Of a DNA stretch of 36,404 bases, positions 33,719 to 36,404 are shown in pieces. Each line of letters begins with the position of its first letter. The stretch's first letter is position 1. Source of the stretch: a virus. Taxonomy: Duplodnaviria > Caudoviricetes. The stretch lies in the IMG/VR virus record IMGVR_UViG_3300016667_000112, positions 1 to 36,404 of that record; one strand, 5' to 3'. The notes below the pieces were generated by a model. It was not told the DNA's origin, ran no database searches, and saw only the letters and a program-made list of their open reading frames with translations. A program made the translations under genes and the position numbers.

Positions 33719-35302
33719 TTACCTGCTAAGAAAAGGTTGTAGATCTTCTTCAGTAACATTTAGTTGCTGATTAGGCAAAGATAACAAACCACGCATAATG
33801 ATAGGAGATACACCAGAAACAGGAGTTCTAGGCTCTCTACCAAGTTTAAGCATATCCTCTAAGCGCTTAAAGTTTGTAATCCCCATCTTTGTAGCACCAG
33901 CCCTTGCCGCATATCCAGTAGCAGCCGGAGCCATGCCAGCCAACATGCCTTGTGATCCAAACATTTGCTGGCCAAGATATGCGCTACCAACAGCAGGAAT
34001 AACGCTGGTCGGAGCCAGCTTGCCAACATAACGCAGGAAGTTTTGTAGCTTTCCACCTTTAGCTGCCTCACGAATTGCAGCTTGTTCAGTCTTGTTAAAC
34101 TGACGCATTAGTTTTTCATTTGCCGCAAGACTAACAAGACGGCTACGCAATGCTTGCTCCATACCAGATTGCGTATAGTTTGCCTCTGCGCGAAGTTCTG
34201 CCGTATCAAAAATAGTTTCTAGCACCTGCGCTTTTTTGTTCTTTTTCCAAAGATCACGGGCTTCTTTAAGAGCCTCTATTGCCTTTGGATCGCTAACAGA
34301 AAATTGATTTGGTTGTGCGTTTTCAACAAAATTATCAAGCTTGTCAATCAGCTTACTACCAAATGCTCTATCTGCTGCGTCATTGCTTGTTACAGCAATC
34401 AAAGCAACGCGCCTAAGCCGGTCTACTTCGCTAAGAGTAAGTGGCGATTTACTAGCAACCTCAAGACGACGAAGTGCTGCATCTGCTTTAGGAGTAAGAG
34501 TAGGATCAACACCTTCAGCACGAAGATCAGCAATAGCTTTATTGGCAAATGAACCAAAGGCATTTTTCTTAAATGTAACCCCAGACTTATCCGCAATGTC
34601 GTAGAGATTACGAGAAGTTTGCTTTAGTTCATTAATGCTCGGAACTTTTTCACCGCCAGTTGGTTTTGCGCCAATGCCAAACGGAGCAGAAACAGCCATG
34701 CCAGCCAACATGCCAGGAACAGTGCCATATGTTTCGCCAACCCCCTGAGAAACAGCAGCAGAAACTGGAGCAGCAGTAACTTGTCGAATAGGAGTAGCGC
34801 CGAGCATCTCTGATACACCACGCCCAAAGCTAGTAGTAGCAGTTTGTGCTACTCTAGGAGCAGTCATAACTTGAGTTCCAGTGCTAGCAAGTGCCTCAGA
34901 CGCTGCTTGCAATGCTCGTTCTCCAGTAGTTTCAGGAACTGGAAGGCCAGCACGAGTCATTAGATTTTCTACCGCACCATATGGAGATGGTATTTGCATT
35001 GACTCAGGCAGCAATACGTTAGCAGTGCGAGTAGCAAGTTCTGCTGTTGGCAACGTAAACGAACCGATCAATGCTCCAGGAGGCCCGCCTACCAAAGCGC
35101 CAGTTCCAGCGCCCAAAACAACAGGAGCAAGGCCACGAGCAGTAATGCCAGTGCCACGCATAAAGTCTTGTATAGCTGTTCTTGGCGTCTGCATAGACTG
35201 CATTGCAGCCTGATATGCCTCAGTATCGTTAAGTTCTTTATCAGAATCAACGATAAAAGTTCCAGCATTAGGAATCGTAATTTCGTAGCTGTATTTAGCC
35301 AT
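33719..35302 (-). CDS. Large ejection / DNA-transfer protein
   Basis: 527 aa, Gly/Ala hydrophobic stretches, C-terminal RGLL; last gene of the ejection block. Confidence 0.7.
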   Translation of the reverse strand: MAKYSYEITIPNAGTFIVDSDKELNDTEAYQAAMQSMQTPRTAIQDFMRGTGITARGLAPVVLGAGTGALVGGPPGALIGSFTLPTAELATRTANVLLPESMQIPSPYGAVENLMTRAGLPVPETTGERALQAASEALASTGTQVMTAPRVAQTATTSFGRGVSEMLGATPIRQVTAAPVSAAVSQGVGETYGTVPGMLAGMAVSAPFGIGAKPTGGEKVPSINELKQTSRNLYDIADKSGVTFKKNAFGSFANKAIADLRAEGVDPTLTPKADAALRRLEVASKSPLTLSEVDRLRRVALIAVTSNDAADRAFGSKLIDKLDNFVENAQPNQFSVSDPKAIEALKEARDLWKKNKKAQVLETIFDTAELRAEANYTQSGMEQALRSRLVSLAANEKLMRQFNKTEQAAIREAAKGGKLQNFLRYVGKLAPTSVIPAVGSAYLGQQMFGSQGMLAGMAPAATGYAARAGATKMGITNFKRLEDMLKLGREPRTPVSGVSPIIMRGLLSLPNQQLNVTEEDLQPFLSR

Positions 35303-36404
35303 TATCGAACCCTTCTAACCGTAACGCCAGGCGCTAGTGACGGAGATGCTTTAGGCGGCTCACCGCTAAGAATCTTAAGGTCATTCGGCGTAAGAATTTG
35401 AGTCAGACCCTGTGCTTTAAGTTCTTCTTGGAAGCGCCTAACGCTAAAGTTTCCTTCAGATACCATCTTGGCGCGAATATCAGCAGCAGCAGCAGCACGA
35501 TTAGCAAATCGTTCTGCATAAACAGCCATTAGTTCACGCCCTTCTGCTGTATTCATTAGCGAAGGAATCGCATTCAAGTATGAACGTGCTTCAAAATCAG
35601 ACGTTGCACCAGAACCTTCAACGCGAATTGTCGGCGCAAGACGTTGACGAATAGAGTCCGCAAGTTGTGCCGCCGTAGCAAGTTTATTTGCCGGAGTGCC
35701 TGGCAGATATGCGCCAATAGACGCTTGAAACTGGTCAAGCGGGCCACCACGATATGGCTTAAGAACATCTACAATTGCCCTAACATCACCGGCTGCATTC
35801 ATTGCAGAAAACGCAGCGCCTTCAGCTTTTACAGCTTCTTTCCCACGCTCCTTAAACATTTCTTTTTCGCCAGTTACAGCGACATTGACGTTTGTTTGTG
35901 GCGTAGAAATCTTTTTAAAGTCAACAAAAGACCCTGTGTAACCATTTTGTTGAGCAAATTTATAATTTCTAATTTGGTCAGTAGTTACATTGGCATCTTT
36001 TAGTATATTGTCTACTTTATTCGTAAATTGATCTGCCGTAAGCGCACCAGACATCGCAGCGCCTTCAAGATTATCAAGACGAGCGTGATATTCTTTTGGA
36101 ACTACTTTATACAACGTGCTGAAGTCATAAATAGACGTTGAAAGTCTAGATATTTGTTCGTCAATAGTTTTAATTTGATCAATATTATTTTTAATCAGGC
36201 TTTGCGCACGTTCCATAGGAATGCCACTCAGTTCCTGATTGCGCCGCATCAAAATATCTTTTTGACGAAGCAAATTTGATACTTCAGGATCAATGCCTTT
36301 AGCAGTAACTGGAACCGCAGGAAGAAGATTTTGATCTTGTCCTTGAGGCTGTTCAACCATTGGAGCACCACCAACCTCAACTGCTGTGGCAGGACTTGCA
36401 ATAG
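35302..36404 (-). CDS. Ejection protein, 3' part (joins 1..472; 524 aa total)
   Basis: Frame open from 36404 to the stop at 35302; GSGATSDFE motif. Confidence 0.8.
   Translation of the reverse strand, partial: IASPATAVEVGGAPMVEQPQGQDQNLLPAVPVTAKGIDPEVSNLLRQKDILMRRNQELSGIPMERAQSLIKNNIDQIKTIDEQISRLSTSIYDFSTLYKVVPKEYHARLDNLEGAAMSGALTADQFTNKVDNILKDANVTTDQIRNYKFAQQNGYTGSFVDFKKISTPQTNVNVAVTGEKEMFKERGKEAVKAEGAAFSAMNAAGDVRAIVDVLKPYRGGPLDQFQASIGAYLPGTPANKLATAAQLADSIRQRLAPTIRVEGSGATSDFEARSYLNAIPSLMNTAEGRELMAVYAERFANRAAAAADIRAKMVSEGNFSVRRFQEELKAQGLTQILTPNDLKILSGEPPKASPSLAPGVTVRRVR

Noticed and set aside
1-36404. Stop-codon reassignment
   Set aside because: Core genes are full length in code 11, and TAA, TGA and TAG all end coupled genes

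Overview
This looks like a complete, circularly permuted 36.4-kb tailed-phage genome with a P22-like podovirus head/tail. One ORF reads in frame across the window ends, which supports circularity. The host is Gram-negative (embedded spanin pair) and possibly a Betaproteobacterium, which is an inference. A long minus-strand unit runs from 27776 through replication genes (DUF1376 initiator with internal iterons, primase Zn-finger, an array of small accessory genes, DnaB-like helicase, Dcm-like MTase, RusA). It continues through a packaging-linked modification cluster (GT2, GNAT, ParB-MTase), terminases, portal, scaffold, capsid, a second glycosyltransferase, tail/fibre and ejection genes. It then wraps through the end of the window into tail fibre and lysis genes (holin, SAR endolysin, Rz/Rz1). 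A short plus-strand early arm (27908-31156) has ERF, SSB, an HTH protein, MazG and small peptides. I found no integrase, CI-type repressor, Q antiterminator, tRNA or CRISPR. Most notable: (1) a ~360-nt non-coding region (19699-20055) packed with helices, a c4-like terminator domain and an 8-bp long-range pseudoknot, sitting where late-gene control is expected; (2) a second c4-like RNA in front of the replication initiator; (3) a GLL(G) motif shared between ejection proteins and two accessory genes; (4) an unannotated secreted six-cysteine peptide. All family calls come from motif recognition and synteny, not database searches.
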